NCBI GenBank assembly: GCA_045613765.1
Contig: JAZLBO010000020.1
Coordinates: 5,193 to 69,192 of the forward strand
DNA length: 64,000 nucleotides
Source: Clostridia bacterium
GTDB taxonomy: Bacteria > Bacillota > Clostridia > Christensenellales > CAG-917
Direction: 5' to 3'
The translations under genes were made by a program, and so were the position numbers. The notes under the pieces were generated by a model that worked only from the letters and a program-made list of their open reading frames with translations, made no database searches and was not told the DNA's origin. Of the stretch, positions 10,676 to 20,190 are shown one piece after another (position 1 is the stretch's first letter; every line of letters begins with the position of its first letter).

Positions 10676-10733
10676 ATGTTTTATACATATATTTTATGTG
10701 TATTGCACATATTTGTCAATGTGTATTGCACAT
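10676..10733. promoter_or_regulatory. Tandem palindromic operators (C-box-like) in the divergent methylase/controller promoter region
   Basis: Two identical 15-mers ATGTGTATTGCACAT (10696-10710 and 10719-10733; arms ATGTG/CACAT). A weaker ATGTtttatACAT lies at 10676-10688. A TAAAAT box (10739-10744) sits 6 nt before the controller ATG, which suggests a leaderless transcript. Confidence 0.55.
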
Positions 10734-10750
10734 TTTAATAAAATATAGAT

Positions 10751-10957
10751 ATGGAATTTGGAAAGTATTTTAAAAGATGCAGAAAATATAGTGGAAAAAC
10801 ACAAAAGGACGTTGCAGAGCTTTTGGGCATACATCAATCCAATGTGAGCGACTGGGAAAACAACATTTCTCGTCCTGAATATGAAAACCTAATAAAGTTG
10901 GCAAAAATTTACGATGTCACGATCAATGACTTGCTTGGAATAGAAGATAAAAACTAA
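10751..10957 (+). CDS. XRE-family HTH protein, probable R-M controller (C) protein
   Basis: 68 aa. Classic XRE helix-turn-helix (KTQKDVAELLGIHQSNVSDWE). Its size and its position divergent from the methylase/nuclease pair match C proteins. Confidence 0.7.
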   Translation: MEFGKYFKRCRKYSGKTQKDVAELLGIHQSNVSDWENNISRPEYENLIKLAKIYDVTINDLLGIEDKN

Positions 10958-10986
10958 AAACGAACCTCTTTAGGTTCGTTTTTTTT
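10957..10986 (+). terminator. Intrinsic terminator after the controller gene
   Basis: Stem CGAACC/GGTTCG followed by a T8 run. Confidence 0.7.
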
Positions 10987-10991
10987 AATAT

Positions 10992-11017
10992 AAAAGGCAC
11001 TCGTGTGAGTGCCTTTT
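10992..11017. terminator. Intrinsic terminator after the 735-aa membrane protein gene
   Basis: Stem GGCACTC/GAGTGCC flanked by A and T runs, just downstream of the minus-strand stop at 11040. Confidence 0.6.
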
Positions 11018-11039
11018 GATTTTGTTTTGTCAAAGTTGA

Positions 11040-13247
11040 TTACTTTGATTTCTTTGCAGATGCTGTCTTGTTGGGGAGATCCTTGCACCATTCTGCCACT
11101 GTTGTGTGGAAGGGTTTGGGCATTGCAGGGATATCAACTCTCTTGCCGTCGTTTGAGATTGAGTAACTGACGTATGCATAGTAGAGTGTCACAAGAACTG
11201 CCAAGACGCTGAAGATGATAAAGTCGGGGCTTGTTGTTTCGAAGTTGACAAAGTATGCTGTTGTTGAACCACGGAACATATCGCTAAAGTGTGCTGTTGA
11301 TGCCACGAAACCACTGTTGCTCATAAGTTGTCCAAGGTTCAAGAACATAAGGACTGAATAGCCACCGAGGATGCCGAACATTCTCTTTTCGCCACTGATC
11401 ATTGTATAGATGAAGCCAAGTGCCAATGCAAGGAACAGATATGTGTAGTCAACCTTGAGTGTGAAGACACCAATGACTGCAAATGTAAATGATGCGAGCA
11501 TGAGAACTTCTTGCTTGTTGCGATTCTTGAAATACAATGTTGCCACGTAGATGACAAGGACGAGAAGGAACACAAGGTTGAGTGCAGATGCAGTTGAGTT
11601 GATGCCCTTTTCGTTCATTGTTGCAAGGCCGTAAAGACCGAGTGCGTTGTCTATCATCAACTTGTTGTTCATGATTTGGTTTGCGATCACTGTCAAGCCG
11701 TAGAAGGGTCTGGGTTCTTCGCCACCAATATAGTTGATTGCAACGGGCAATGTGAGAAGATATACAACGATAAATGCGCCGACAAGACCGAATACGATCA
11801 TTGCACGATTTGCTGTGAACTTCTTGAGATCTGCGTCGTCTTTGTAGTATCTATATCCCATATATGTCACTGCGAGAGGTGCAAGTGCCATTGCTCTTAC
11901 GTCAAGGACCACTGCAAGTGCAAAGACAAGATATGTGAGCAAGTACTTCTTTTCAACGAGAAGGATTATTGCGCCAACCAAGAGTGCAACAAGGAGTGCT
12001 GTAAATGTGTGATCAAGTCCACCCATAAGAAGTGTGATGGGAAGGAGTGCATACATTGCTGCATAGATGGTTGATTGACGGTCGCCAACGTACTTTCTGC
12101 CATAGAGATAGATCATGACAACTGTTGCAACTGTTGCAAGAGTGTTGACCAATCTAATGAGAATGCCGATTTCACCGAGTGATGACATATTTTGTCCAAT
12201 TGCGCCAATGATTGCAAGGATATAGACAACGCCGGGTGCTGTTGTGCTGAGTGCGCTGTAATCTGCGTATGCTGTGCCAACTGCGCCTGCCTTGCCCAAG
12301 TTAAATGCAAGTTGTGCAACCTTGTTGATTTCACTGCCGAAACCATACATTGAGAGCAAGAAGATAAGGTTGACAAGTGCCGTGCCGATTGCAAGCAATG
12401 TTGCAACTGTTGCAGGATTTGATGCAACTTTCTTCAATGCGCCTGCATTGCCGTCGAGTTTGTTGTAGTTCAAGAAAGCGTTGCTCTTTGAGTAGAGTCT
12501 ACGGATAAGAACATATGCTCCACCAAGGACTGCTACTGTGAACAATGAAAGAAGGACAACAAACAAGATGCCTGAAACGTTGACGTTGTAGCGTGCGATA
12601 TCTGACTTTTTGAAGTTTGTCACTGTGACACCTTCGGGTGCGCTTTCAACCTTTACTACTGAAACGTTGTCAAAGAGTGCTGTACCACTTGCAAATGCGT
12701 TTTCGCCACCGAGAGTAAGACAAATTGTAAGATAGTCTGTGTTGGTGGGGTTGACGTAGAAGGTCAAAGTTTCCCAGTTGGCTGTTTCTTCATTGTTGTA
12801 AACAGTCTTTCTTTCAACAAAGCGATAGCTGGGGTTTTCAAGGAACGTGACGTATGCGCCGTAATATTCGTCCTTGATGCCTTTCTTCACTGAGCCGTCA
12901 AGTTTGAGATCAACAGTCACTTTGTAGGTTGCATTTCTGTCAACTTTGATTTCTTGATAGAGATATGCATAACCTGCTGTGCTGTTTTGGATGCGAAGAT
13001 AACTTCCGCCGCCATCAGATCTGCTTGCGATTTGATATTGTGACTTTGCAGTGTCCCAACTTTCTGACACTTTCCAGCCATCAATAGTAATTGTACTACT
13101 ACCAGCAGATGTGTAATCGACAAAATCGCCATTTACAACGAGTTCTTCGTCATAAGGGATTTCATCTGTGTTACATGCTGTAAACGCAAAAAGTGCTAGC
13201 ACAACAACTAGCACTGATGCGAAGATAACGAATAATCTTTTCTTCAT
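11040..13247 (-). CDS. Lipoprotein-signal, jelly-roll (CBM-like) ectodomain fused to a polytopic membrane domain; possible glycosyltransferase-like protein
   Basis: 735 aa. N-terminal signal with a lipobox-like FAFTAC. A roughly 190-aa region resembles CBM4_9/galactose-binding-like domains (VVNGDF...FDNVSVVKV). About 13 predicted TM helices follow. The start is 11 nt after the rplS stop, with an AAGGA RBS. Confidence 0.5.
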   Translation of the reverse strand: MKKRLFVIFASVLVVVLALFAFTACNTDEIPYDEELVVNGDFVDYTSAGSSTITIDGWKVSESWDTAKSQYQIASRSDGGGSYLRIQNSTAGYAYLYQEIKVDRNATYKVTVDLKLDGSVKKGIKDEYYGAYVTFLENPSYRFVERKTVYNNEETANWETLTFYVNPTNTDYLTICLTLGGENAFASGTALFDNVSVVKVESAPEGVTVTNFKKSDIARYNVNVSGILFVVLLSLFTVAVLGGAYVLIRRLYSKSNAFLNYNKLDGNAGALKKVASNPATVATLLAIGTALVNLIFLLSMYGFGSEINKVAQLAFNLGKAGAVGTAYADYSALSTTAPGVVYILAIIGAIGQNMSSLGEIGILIRLVNTLATVATVVMIYLYGRKYVGDRQSTIYAAMYALLPITLLMGGLDHTFTALLVALLVGAIILLVEKKYLLTYLVFALAVVLDVRAMALAPLAVTYMGYRYYKDDADLKKFTANRAMIVFGLVGAFIVVYLLTLPVAINYIGGEEPRPFYGLTVIANQIMNNKLMIDNALGLYGLATMNEKGINSTASALNLVFLLVLVIYVATLYFKNRNKQEVLMLASFTFAVIGVFTLKVDYTYLFLALALGFIYTMISGEKRMFGILGGYSVLMFLNLGQLMSNSGFVASTAHFSDMFRGSTTAYFVNFETTSPDFIIFSVLAVLVTLYYAYVSYSISNDGKRVDIPAMPKPFHTTVAEWCKDLPNKTASAKKSK

Positions 13248-13258
13248 GATTTACGTCC

Positions 13259-13603
13259 TTATCTAACTTCCTTGAGTTTTGCAGCCTTACCTGTTCTCTC
13301 ACGGAGATAATAAAGTTTTGCTCTTCTGACTTTACCGTGTCTTACGACTTCGATACGATCAATTTTGGGTGAGTGGATGGGGAATGTTCTTTCTACGCCA
13401 ACACCGTATGTGACACGACGAACTGTCACTGTTTCACGGATGCCACCGTTCTTGAATGCGATAATTGTGCCTTCGTATGATTGAAGTCTTTCTTTGTCGC
13501 CTTCTTTAACTTTGACGAAGACCTTTACTTGGTCACCGATTGCGAGTTGGGGAAGATCTTGCTTCATGCCCTCTTTTTCCAATGTGTCGATAATGTTGCT
13601 CAT
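13259..13603 (-). CDS. rplS: 50S ribosomal protein L19
   Basis: 114 aa. Strongly conserved L19 sequence ([27 protein letters not shown]...). Confidence 0.97.
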   Translation of the reverse strand: MSNIIDTLEKEGMKQDLPQLAIGDQVKVFVKVKEGDKERLQSYEGTIIAFKNGGIRETVTVRRVTYGVGVERTFPIHSPKIDRIEVVRHGKVRRAKLYYLRERTGKAAKLKEVR

Positions 13604-13779
13604 TTGACTATACCTCCTATATTACGATACGTTCACAACAGATGTCTTCTGCCGGCGGAACGCACGAGTCACGTGTGCTATAATAGCATATAAATTATAT
13701 TTATACAAGCAAATTTACATCATTAACAAAAATTTTTTATTTTTAATGTTTCTTGCCGGTATATCGGTTGTTTTAGAGT

Positions 13780-14127
13780 TTAGCACTCAAATGCGTTGAT
13801 AATGTGGTTGATTTCGTCTTCTAAAACTTCGATTACGTCAAATCGTATGTCCGTATTCTTGATTTTGTGGGACAAGATATATCCTTTTGCACCTTGAATA
13901 TATCTCATTTGTTTTTGCTTTGTGACTGCTTCAACAGGTCTTCCAAAGAGTGTGTTAGTCCTTGTTTTCACTTCACAAAACACCAACGTTTTCTTGTCCT
14001 TGAAGATGATGTCCATCTCAACGCCTGCATAGGTACAATTCCTTTCAAGAACTTTGTAACCTTGGGTTTTTAGGTATTCTAATGCGATATTTTCTCCGAT
14101 ATCGCCAATCAATTTCTTGTTGCTCAT
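13780..14127 (-). CDS. YraN family (UPF0102) endonuclease-like protein
   Basis: 115 aa. GEN.A..YL...GY..L..N, E.D.I and EVK motifs of the YraN family. Overlaps the rnhB stop by 4 nt. Confidence 0.85.
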   Translation of the reverse strand: MSNKKLIGDIGENIALEYLKTQGYKVLERNCTYAGVEMDIIFKDKKTLVFCEVKTRTNTLFGRPVEAVTKQKQMRYIQGAKGYILSHKIKNTDIRFDVIEVLEDEINHIINAFEC

Positions 14128-14732
14128 TTGACAAAATTCTTGATGAAGGTCTTTCTGTGGATGGGTGTCGCGCCCAATTCCTTCAGTGCAGATATGTGTT
14201 GTGCAGTGCCGTAACCAACGTTACTTTCAAAGCCGTATTCGGGATACTTATCTGCCATTTCAAACATAAACTTATCTCTTGTCACTTTGGCAACGATACT
14301 TGCAGATGCGATTGAATAAGAAAGTGCATCTCCCTTTATTATACCCATTGTTTTGTAAGGTATATCAAGTTTCAATGCATCAACAAGAACAACGTCGGGT
14401 GCAACGGACAATCCCATAATTGCATCACGCATACAAGACTTTGTTGCTTCAAGTATGTTCATTTCATCTATTTGATGGTTGTCATAAGACACTGTGTTGA
14501 CTGCGATTGCCTTTTCCATAATGATGTCATAGAGTTTGATGCGCTTATTCTTTGACACCTTTTTGGAATCGTTGACACCTTGAATCAAATCATCAAGGGG
14601 CATAATGACTGCAGAACAAGTGACAGGGCCGGCAAGAGGGCCTCTGCCCACTTCGTCAACACCACAAATATACTTGTAGCCTGCGTCAAGCAGTTGTCTT
14701 TCATATTGCATAAGTTCGTTTACGTCAACCAT
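14124..14732 (-). CDS. rnhB: Ribonuclease HII
   Basis: 202 aa. Contains GVDEVGRGPLAGPV, DSKK and the conserved C-terminal HR motif. Confidence 0.93.
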   Translation of the reverse strand: MVDVNELMQYERQLLDAGYKYICGVDEVGRGPLAGPVTCSAVIMPLDDLIQGVNDSKKVSKNKRIKLYDIIMEKAIAVNTVSYDNHQIDEMNILEATKSCMRDAIMGLSVAPDVVLVDALKLDIPYKTMGIIKGDALSYSIASASIVAKVTRDKFMFEMADKYPEYGFESNVGYGTAQHISALKELGATPIHRKTFIKNFVK

Positions 14733-14761
14733 AATTTTAACCTACGTAAGATATTTCAAAA

Positions 14762-14789
14762 TTCAAAACCCCGACCATATCTTCGGGGC
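14762..14789 (-). terminator. Intrinsic terminator between rbgA and rnhB
   Basis: On the minus strand, GCCCCGA...TCGGGG is followed by TTTTGAATTTT. Confidence 0.5.
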
Positions 14790-14794
14790 TTTGA

Positions 14795-15625
14795 TTATTT
14801 TTCAAGTATGATTTTGCCAAGTCTGCCCTTTCTAAAATCGTCAATGATTGTACGAGCAGTGCGATCATAGTCCACTTCTGCACCACGCATTTTGTACCCA
14901 CGTGACATTGCGATTGCATCCATAATTTCAATGGTGCTTTCAGGAAGTTCCTTGAGATTGTATCTATCCACCAAGTTTTGAGGATAACTTTCCTTGATTT
15001 CTTCAAGGAAGTCAAAACACAAATCGCCAGTGTCAAGAATATCATCACGGATACTGCCAATGTATGCAAGATGGTGCGCAACCTTTTGGTCTTCAAATTT
15101 ACCCCACAACGTACCGGGGGTGTCAAGGAAATCAACTCCGTCTATTGAAAGCCATTGTTTGCCACGAGTGACACCCGGTCTATCCCCTGTGACTGCCTTT
15201 GCCTTGCCAACCATTGAGTTGATGATCGTTGACTTGCCACTATTGGGTACGCCGACCACCATTGCTCTAACACTGACCTTTGCGCCTTTTTCTGCAAAGC
15301 GTTGAAGTTTGTAGGCGTTGATTTCTTTGAGCTTCTTGACGATTGCAGTACAATCTCCAGACGTGCCTACGACTTTGACACATGGTTTGCCCAATTTTTC
15401 ATAGAGAGAAATCCATCTGTCAAGGTCGTTTTTGTCAACCAAGTCACACTTGTTGAAAACATACAAAACGTTTTTGCCTGTGATGAGTTTGTCAAGCAAA
15501 GGATTGGCGCAAGAATAGACTGCACGTGCATCAATGACGTATATGAGAGAATCCACAAGACGAAGATTTTCTTCCATCATGCGAATTGCTTTTGTCATGT
15601 GTCCCGGGAACCATTGAATATGCAT
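14795..15625 (-). CDS. rbgA: Ribosome biogenesis GTPase A (YlqF/RbgA)
   Basis: 276 aa. Circularly permuted GTPase motifs (NKCDL ... GVPNSGKST ... DTPG). Confidence 0.9.
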   Translation of the reverse strand: MHIQWFPGHMTKAIRMMEENLRLVDSLIYVIDARAVYSCANPLLDKLITGKNVLYVFNKCDLVDKNDLDRWISLYEKLGKPCVKVVGTSGDCTAIVKKLKEINAYKLQRFAEKGAKVSVRAMVVGVPNSGKSTIINSMVGKAKAVTGDRPGVTRGKQWLSIDGVDFLDTPGTLWGKFEDQKVAHHLAYIGSIRDDILDTGDLCFDFLEEIKESYPQNLVDRYNLKELPESTIEIMDAIAMSRGYKMRGAEVDYDRTARTIIDDFRKGRLGKIILEK

Positions 15626-15708
15626 ATTCTTCCTTACCTTTCAAATCACTACTGCCTGAAACTGGGCAAATACGGTGTTTTGGGTGCTATTTTGATACTA
15701 TAAACCGA

Positions 15709-16380
15709 TTATTTGAGCAAATCGGGGCGTCTTTCCTTGGTGATTTTGAGAGATTGTTCTTTGCGCCATTTGGCAATTTCACCATGGTTGCCACTTTGCA
15801 ATACTTCGGGGACTTTGAGCCCACGATACACTGCAGGACGGGTGTAGTGAGGATATTCAAGAAGACCGTTTGAAAAACTTTCTTCATTGGTGCTTTCACT
15901 TGATCCAAGCACGCCGTCAACATATCTTGCCACTGCATTGATGAGTACGAGAGCAGGCAGTTCACCACCTGTCAAAACATAGTCGCCTATGGATATTTCC
16001 TCATCAATACAAAGGTCGATAATGCGCTCGTCAATGCCTTCATAGTCCCCACACAAAAGCAAAAGTCCGTTTTCTTCCTTGGCAAGATCTTCAACAAGTC
16101 CTTGCTTGAGTTGTTTGCCCTTGGGAGAAAGGTAGATGCGTTTGAGTTTATGCTCGGGGTCAACTGCTTCAATGGCACTGACAACTGGGTCTGGTGTCAT
16201 GACCATACCTGCCCCACCACCGTAGGGATAGTCATCTGTCTTTGAGTGCTTGTCCTTTGAGTAGTCACGGATATTTGTGACAGACACGTCCAAGACGCCT
16301 TCTCGTATTGCCTTGCCAATAAGGCTTTGAGAAAGCACACCAAAGTACTCTGGGAATATGGTCAAGATTTCAAATTTCAT
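15709..16380 (-). CDS. trmD: tRNA (guanine37-N1)-methyltransferase
   Basis: Conserved MKFEILTIFPEYF N-terminus. I place the start at ATG 16380, immediately after the rimM stop, rather than the longer track ORF (16425). Confidence 0.95.
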   Translation of the reverse strand: MKFEILTIFPEYFGVLSQSLIGKAIREGVLDVSVTNIRDYSKDKHSKTDDYPYGGGAGMVMTPDPVVSAIEAVDPEHKLKRIYLSPKGKQLKQGLVEDLAKEENGLLLLCGDYEGIDERIIDLCIDEEISIGDYVLTGGELPALVLINAVARYVDGVLGSSESTNEESFSNGLLEYPHYTRPAVYRGLKVPEVLQSGNHGEIAKWRKEQSLKITKERRPDLLK

Positions 16381-16381
16381 A

Positions 16382-16894
16382 CTAATTGTTGTAAACTGCG
16401 ACTCTATCAAAGAATCTGCCGTCAATGATTATTTTGCCTTCTTCAACGTTGTAAGATTTGACAACTTCTTTCAGTGCAGGGAAATTGACTGTGCCTTCTC
16501 TATCCTTGAGTTTGACAACGTAAACATCTGCAGAGCCATATTGAAGAACGTCAACAAGTTCACCAATATTGTCGCCATCAACGATAACGTCACAGCCTAT
16601 GATATCTGCAATATAAACTTTGCCGCCGCCAAGTTTGGGAAGTTTGCTTCTGTCTGCATAAAGACTTTTGCCACGATACTTCTCTGCTTCTTCAACAGTG
16701 TCTATGCCTACAAATTTGATATAAGCAAAATCGCCTTCAACGGAGATTTTTTCAACGTCGAAGGCTTTGTCGCCAAGTTTGAATTGTTGGATTGAGCGAA
16801 AGCGCATTGGGTCTGACGTGTACAATTCAAAGCGAAGTTCGCCTTTCAGTCCACGAGGACGGAGTGCTTTGCCCACAAGGAATTCGGTCTTCAT
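16382..16894 (-). CDS. rimM: 16S rRNA processing protein RimM
   Basis: 170 aa. RimM/PRC-barrel pattern (VGKALRPRGLKGEL...). Standard position between the KH protein and trmD. Confidence 0.92.
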   Translation of the reverse strand: MKTEFLVGKALRPRGLKGELRFELYTSDPMRFRSIQQFKLGDKAFDVEKISVEGDFAYIKFVGIDTVEEAEKYRGKSLYADRSKLPKLGGGKVYIADIIGCDVIVDGDNIGELVDVLQYGSADVYVVKLKDREGTVNFPALKEVVKSYNVEEGKIIIDGRFFDRVAVYNN

Positions 16895-17124
16895 TATCTT
16901 TCTTCAATGACAACGTTATATCTCACAGGGCTCTTGACACTTGCTGCTTTGACAAGTGTACGGATTGCTCTTGCAATTCTGCCTGATTTGCCAATAACTT
17001 TGCCGATATCCTTTTTGGCAATGATTATTACAATGTCGCTCTCGTCACCGTTTTCACGAAGTTCGACTTCGTAGTCACCACCGGGGACGAGATTTGCGAC
17101 TAAATATTCAACCAGTTCCAACAT
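16894..17124 (-). CDS. KH-domain RNA-binding protein (YlqC-like)
   Basis: 76 aa. GKVIGKSGRIARAIR KH motif. Its stop overlaps the rimM start (TAATG). Confidence 0.85.
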   Translation of the reverse strand: MLELVEYLVANLVPGGDYEVELRENGDESDIVIIIAKKDIGKVIGKSGRIARAIRTLVKAASVKSPVRYNVVIEER

Positions 17125-17126
17125 AA

Positions 17127-17366
17127 TTAGATGATGCCGTTTGCTTTGAAAAGGTCACGAACTGTTTCTGTGGGTTGTGCACCGTTTGCAAGCCATTTCT
17201 TTGCGATTTCGCCATCGATGACAACAACTTTGGGTTGTGCAACGGGATTGTAATAACCGATTTGTTCGATATATTCGCCGTCACGTGCCTTGCGGCTGTC
17301 AACTGCTACGATACGATAGAAAGGTGCTTTCTTTGCGCCCATACGTGTAAGTCTGATTTTTACCAT
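17127..17366 (-). CDS. rpsP: 30S ribosomal protein S16
   Basis: 79 aa. Starts [25 protein letters not shown]. Confidence 0.97.
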   Translation of the reverse strand: MVKIRLTRMGAKKAPFYRIVAVDSRKARDGEYIEQIGYYNPVAQPKVVVIDGEIAKKWLANGAQPTETVRDLFKANGII

Positions 17367-17473
17367 AATTGTTTCTCCTTTTGGAAATGTTTATTTGTTG
17401 ATTTTGTGTTTTATTTGTTCAAAAACCTTGTTTATCACTTGGTTTCAGTTTTTTATCTATTGTTTTTATCCTT

Positions 17474-18802
17474 TTAGAAAAGTCCACGGAGTCCTTTAAG
17501 ACCACCTTTTTGCATGCGTGCCATCATATTCTTTGTCAATTCAAACTGCTTGAGAAGTTGGTTGACGTCTTGGATTGACGTGCCACTGCCTGCTGCAATT
17601 CTCTTGCGTCTTGATGCTTTAATGATGTCGGGATTGCGCTTTTCTTTGGTTGTCATTGATTGGATGATTGCCTTTGTGCGCTTAAGTTGATTTTCATCAA
17701 TTTGAGGTGCGCCACCTTTCATCTTGCCTGCAAGTCCGGGGATCATACTGACCATGTCACTGAGATTGCCCATCTTGCCGACACTGTCAAGTTGTTCAAG
17801 ATAATCATCAAGGGTGAAACTGTTTTCTTTGAGTTTTCTTTGAAGATTGAGTGCTTGTTCTTCTGAAAATGCTTGCTCTGCCTTTTCAATGAGTGTAAGC
17901 ACGTCGCCCATGCCAAGAATACGGCTTGCCATTCTGTCGGGGTGGAAAGGTTCAATTTCTTCCATCTTTTCGCCAACACCACAGAATTTGATGGGCTTGC
18001 CTGTGACTGCTTTGATTGAGAGTGCTGCACCACCACGAGTGTCGCCGTCAAGTTTTGTCATAATGACGCCAGTGACATCAAGGGTTTGATTGAAGGTGTC
18101 TGCAACAGTCACTGCATCTTGACCTGTCATTGAGTCAACAACAAGAAGGATTTCGCTGGGGTTGACTGCCTTTTTGACGTCAACAAGTTCATCCATCAAC
18201 TTTTCATCAATGTGAAGTCTGCCTGCTGTGTCAATGATGACTGTATCGTAGCCGTTTTTGAGCGCGTAAGGAATTGAATCCTTTGCGATCTTAACGGGGT
18301 TGATTTGACCTTCTTCAAAGACCTCTGTACCTGCTTTGCCTGCCACGACCTTCAGTTGTTGGATTGCTGCGGGACGATATATGTCGCAAGCGACGAGAAG
18401 AACTTTTTTGTTTTGTTTTTTGAGATAAAGAGCAAGTTTGCCACACATTGTTGTCTTGCCTGCGCCTTGCAAACCACACATCATATAGACGGTGGGTTGA
18501 TGGTCGCTGACGACAAGTTTTTGTGTCTTGCTGCCCATAAGTTCAACAAGTTCTTCATTGACGATCTTGACGATTTGTTGTGAAGGTGTCAATGATTTGA
18601 GAACTTCTTCTCCAAGGGCCTTTTCACTGACAGATGCAATGAACTGTTTGACGACCGTGAAGTTGACGTCTGCTTCAAGCAATGCAACACGAATTTCGCG
18701 CATGGCTTGTTTGATTTCAAGTTCCGTAAGTCTGCCCTTATTGCGAAGTTTTGAGAATATATGGTTCATTCTCTCACTCAATGATGCAAATGTACGTGCC
18801 AT
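17474..18802 (-). CDS. ffh: Signal recognition particle protein Ffh
   Basis: 442 aa. N/G domain (GLQGAGKTT, DTAGR, TKLDG) and a Met-rich M domain. Confidence 0.97.
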   Translation of the reverse strand: MARTFASLSERMNHIFSKLRNKGRLTELEIKQAMREIRVALLEADVNFTVVKQFIASVSEKALGEEVLKSLTPSQQIVKIVNEELVELMGSKTQKLVVSDHQPTVYMMCGLQGAGKTTMCGKLALYLKKQNKKVLLVACDIYRPAAIQQLKVVAGKAGTEVFEEGQINPVKIAKDSIPYALKNGYDTVIIDTAGRLHIDEKLMDELVDVKKAVNPSEILLVVDSMTGQDAVTVADTFNQTLDVTGVIMTKLDGDTRGGAALSIKAVTGKPIKFCGVGEKMEEIEPFHPDRMASRILGMGDVLTLIEKAEQAFSEEQALNLQRKLKENSFTLDDYLEQLDSVGKMGNLSDMVSMIPGLAGKMKGGAPQIDENQLKRTKAIIQSMTTKEKRNPDIIKASRRKRIAAGSGTSIQDVNQLLKQFELTKNMMARMQKGGLKGLRGLF

Positions 18803-19120
18803 TTAGCCCTCCAATACCTTTTTAATTTCCTTGACTTGTCCAATGACGCTTTCATCATCAAGTGATGAGATAAGGTCATCAAGCATACCGTCAATTTTTG
18901 TTTCCTTCTCTACGAGTTTCAACACTGCCTCGTATTCTTCAAGATGTTTGACACCTTTTGTGATACTATCAAGAACTGCATTTCTTGACACTTCAAACAT
19001 CTCTGCGATTTCGCCATAAGACATATCTTCGTCATAGTGAAGTTCAATCATCTTGTTTTGCTTGTCTGTGAGCAGTCCACCATAGTAAGCACGAAGTGTT
19101 GATATCTTAAATCTATCCAT
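18803..19120 (-). CDS. ylxM: YlxM/UPF0122 putative helix-turn-helix protein
   Basis: Conserved position upstream of ffh, with a sigma-70 region-4-like HTH. I prefer ATG 19120 (AGGAG RBS 5 nt upstream) over the TTG at 19135 used by the track. Confidence 0.85.
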   Translation of the reverse strand: MDRFKISTLRAYYGGLLTDKQNKMIELHYDEDMSYGEIAEMFEVSRNAVLDSITKGVKHLEEYEAVLKLVEKETKIDGMLDDLISSLDDESVIGQVKEIKKVLEG

Positions 19121-19245
19121 AACTGCTCCTGTCAAGGTTTTTTACTTCACACCTATAATACACACAAAAATAAAGGGTGTCAAGCATTTTAACCTAACAC
19201 CCAATAAATTTTTATAAAATTTTTATATAATCCCTTTTGCTCACT

Positions 19246-20190
19246 TTAGAAAAGGGCATCAACAAAGTCTTCTGCGTCGAAGGGGATAAGATCATCAATC
19301 TTCTCGCCTACACCAACGTAAAGGACGGGGAGTTCCAATTCGTCACTGATTGCAACCACAACACCACCTTTTGCAGTGCCGTCAAGTTTGTTGAGGATAA
19401 TACCGTCAATGTCGATTGCCTCGCCAAACACCTCTGCTTGAGATACTGCATTTTGTCCTGTTGTTGCATCAAGGACGAGATATTTTCTAAAGTCGGCATC
19501 AGGCATTTCTCTTTCTACAACACGGCAGATCTTCTTGAGTTCGTTCATGAGATTGACTTTGTTGTGAAGTCTGCCTGCTGTATCAACAAGCACAACGTCT
19601 GTACCTTTGGCTTTTGCAGATGAGATTGCATCAAACACTACTGCAGCAGGGTCACTGCCTTCCCCGTGCTTGACAACACGGACGCCTGCACGTTGTCCCC
19701 ATACTTCAAGTTGTTCACTTGCAGCAGCACGGAAGGTGTCTGCCGCCGCCACAACAACACTCTTGCCGTCTTCTTTGAACATATTGGCAAGTTTGCCGAT
19801 GGCAGTGGTCTTTCCAACACCGTTTACCCCTGATACGAGAATGACCAAAGGATAGTCATAATCATCAATATCAAACTTTATGTCACCGATTATGATGTCT
19901 TTAAGTAGTGATTGTGCGTCTTCCGGGGATTTGATCTTTCTTTCAAAGACTTCGTCGCGAAGTTGCTCTATGACAGACTCTGATGCAGTGATGCCCATAT
20001 CTGCACTGAGCAATGCTTCTTCAAGATTGTCATAAAATTCATCATTGAGTTGGCGAGCAGAAAAGGCGTAAAACAACTTCTTTTTGAAATTGTCGTTGGT
20101 CTTTTTCATACCATCTTTTATCTTTTGGAAAAATTGACCCTTTTCCCCTTTTTGCCTTTTCTCTTTCTTTTCTTTCTTATCCTTTGCCAT
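19246..20190 (-). CDS. ftsY: Signal recognition particle receptor FtsY
   Basis: 314 aa. Lys/Glu-rich N-terminus, then an NG domain (GVNGVGKTT, DTAGR, NKLDG). Confidence 0.95.
   Translation of the reverse strand: MAKDKKEKKEKRQKGEKGQFFQKIKDGMKKTNDNFKKKLFYAFSARQLNDEFYDNLEEALLSADMGITASESVIEQLRDEVFERKIKSPEDAQSLLKDIIIGDIKFDIDDYDYPLVILVSGVNGVGKTTAIGKLANMFKEDGKSVVVAAADTFRAAASEQLEVWGQRAGVRVVKHGEGSDPAAVVFDAISSAKAKGTDVVLVDTAGRLHNKVNLMNELKKICRVVEREMPDADFRKYLVLDATTGQNAVSQAEVFGEAIDIDGIILNKLDGTAKGGVVVAISDELELPVLYVGVGEKIDDLIPFDAEDFVDALF

Noticed and set aside
13604-13700. L19 ribosomal-protein leader upstream of rplS.
   Set aside because: Firmicutes do have such a leader, and a small hairpin (CACG-tgact-CGTG) is present. 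I cannot match the motif from memory with enough confidence to annotate it. It needs an Rfam RF00556 scan.
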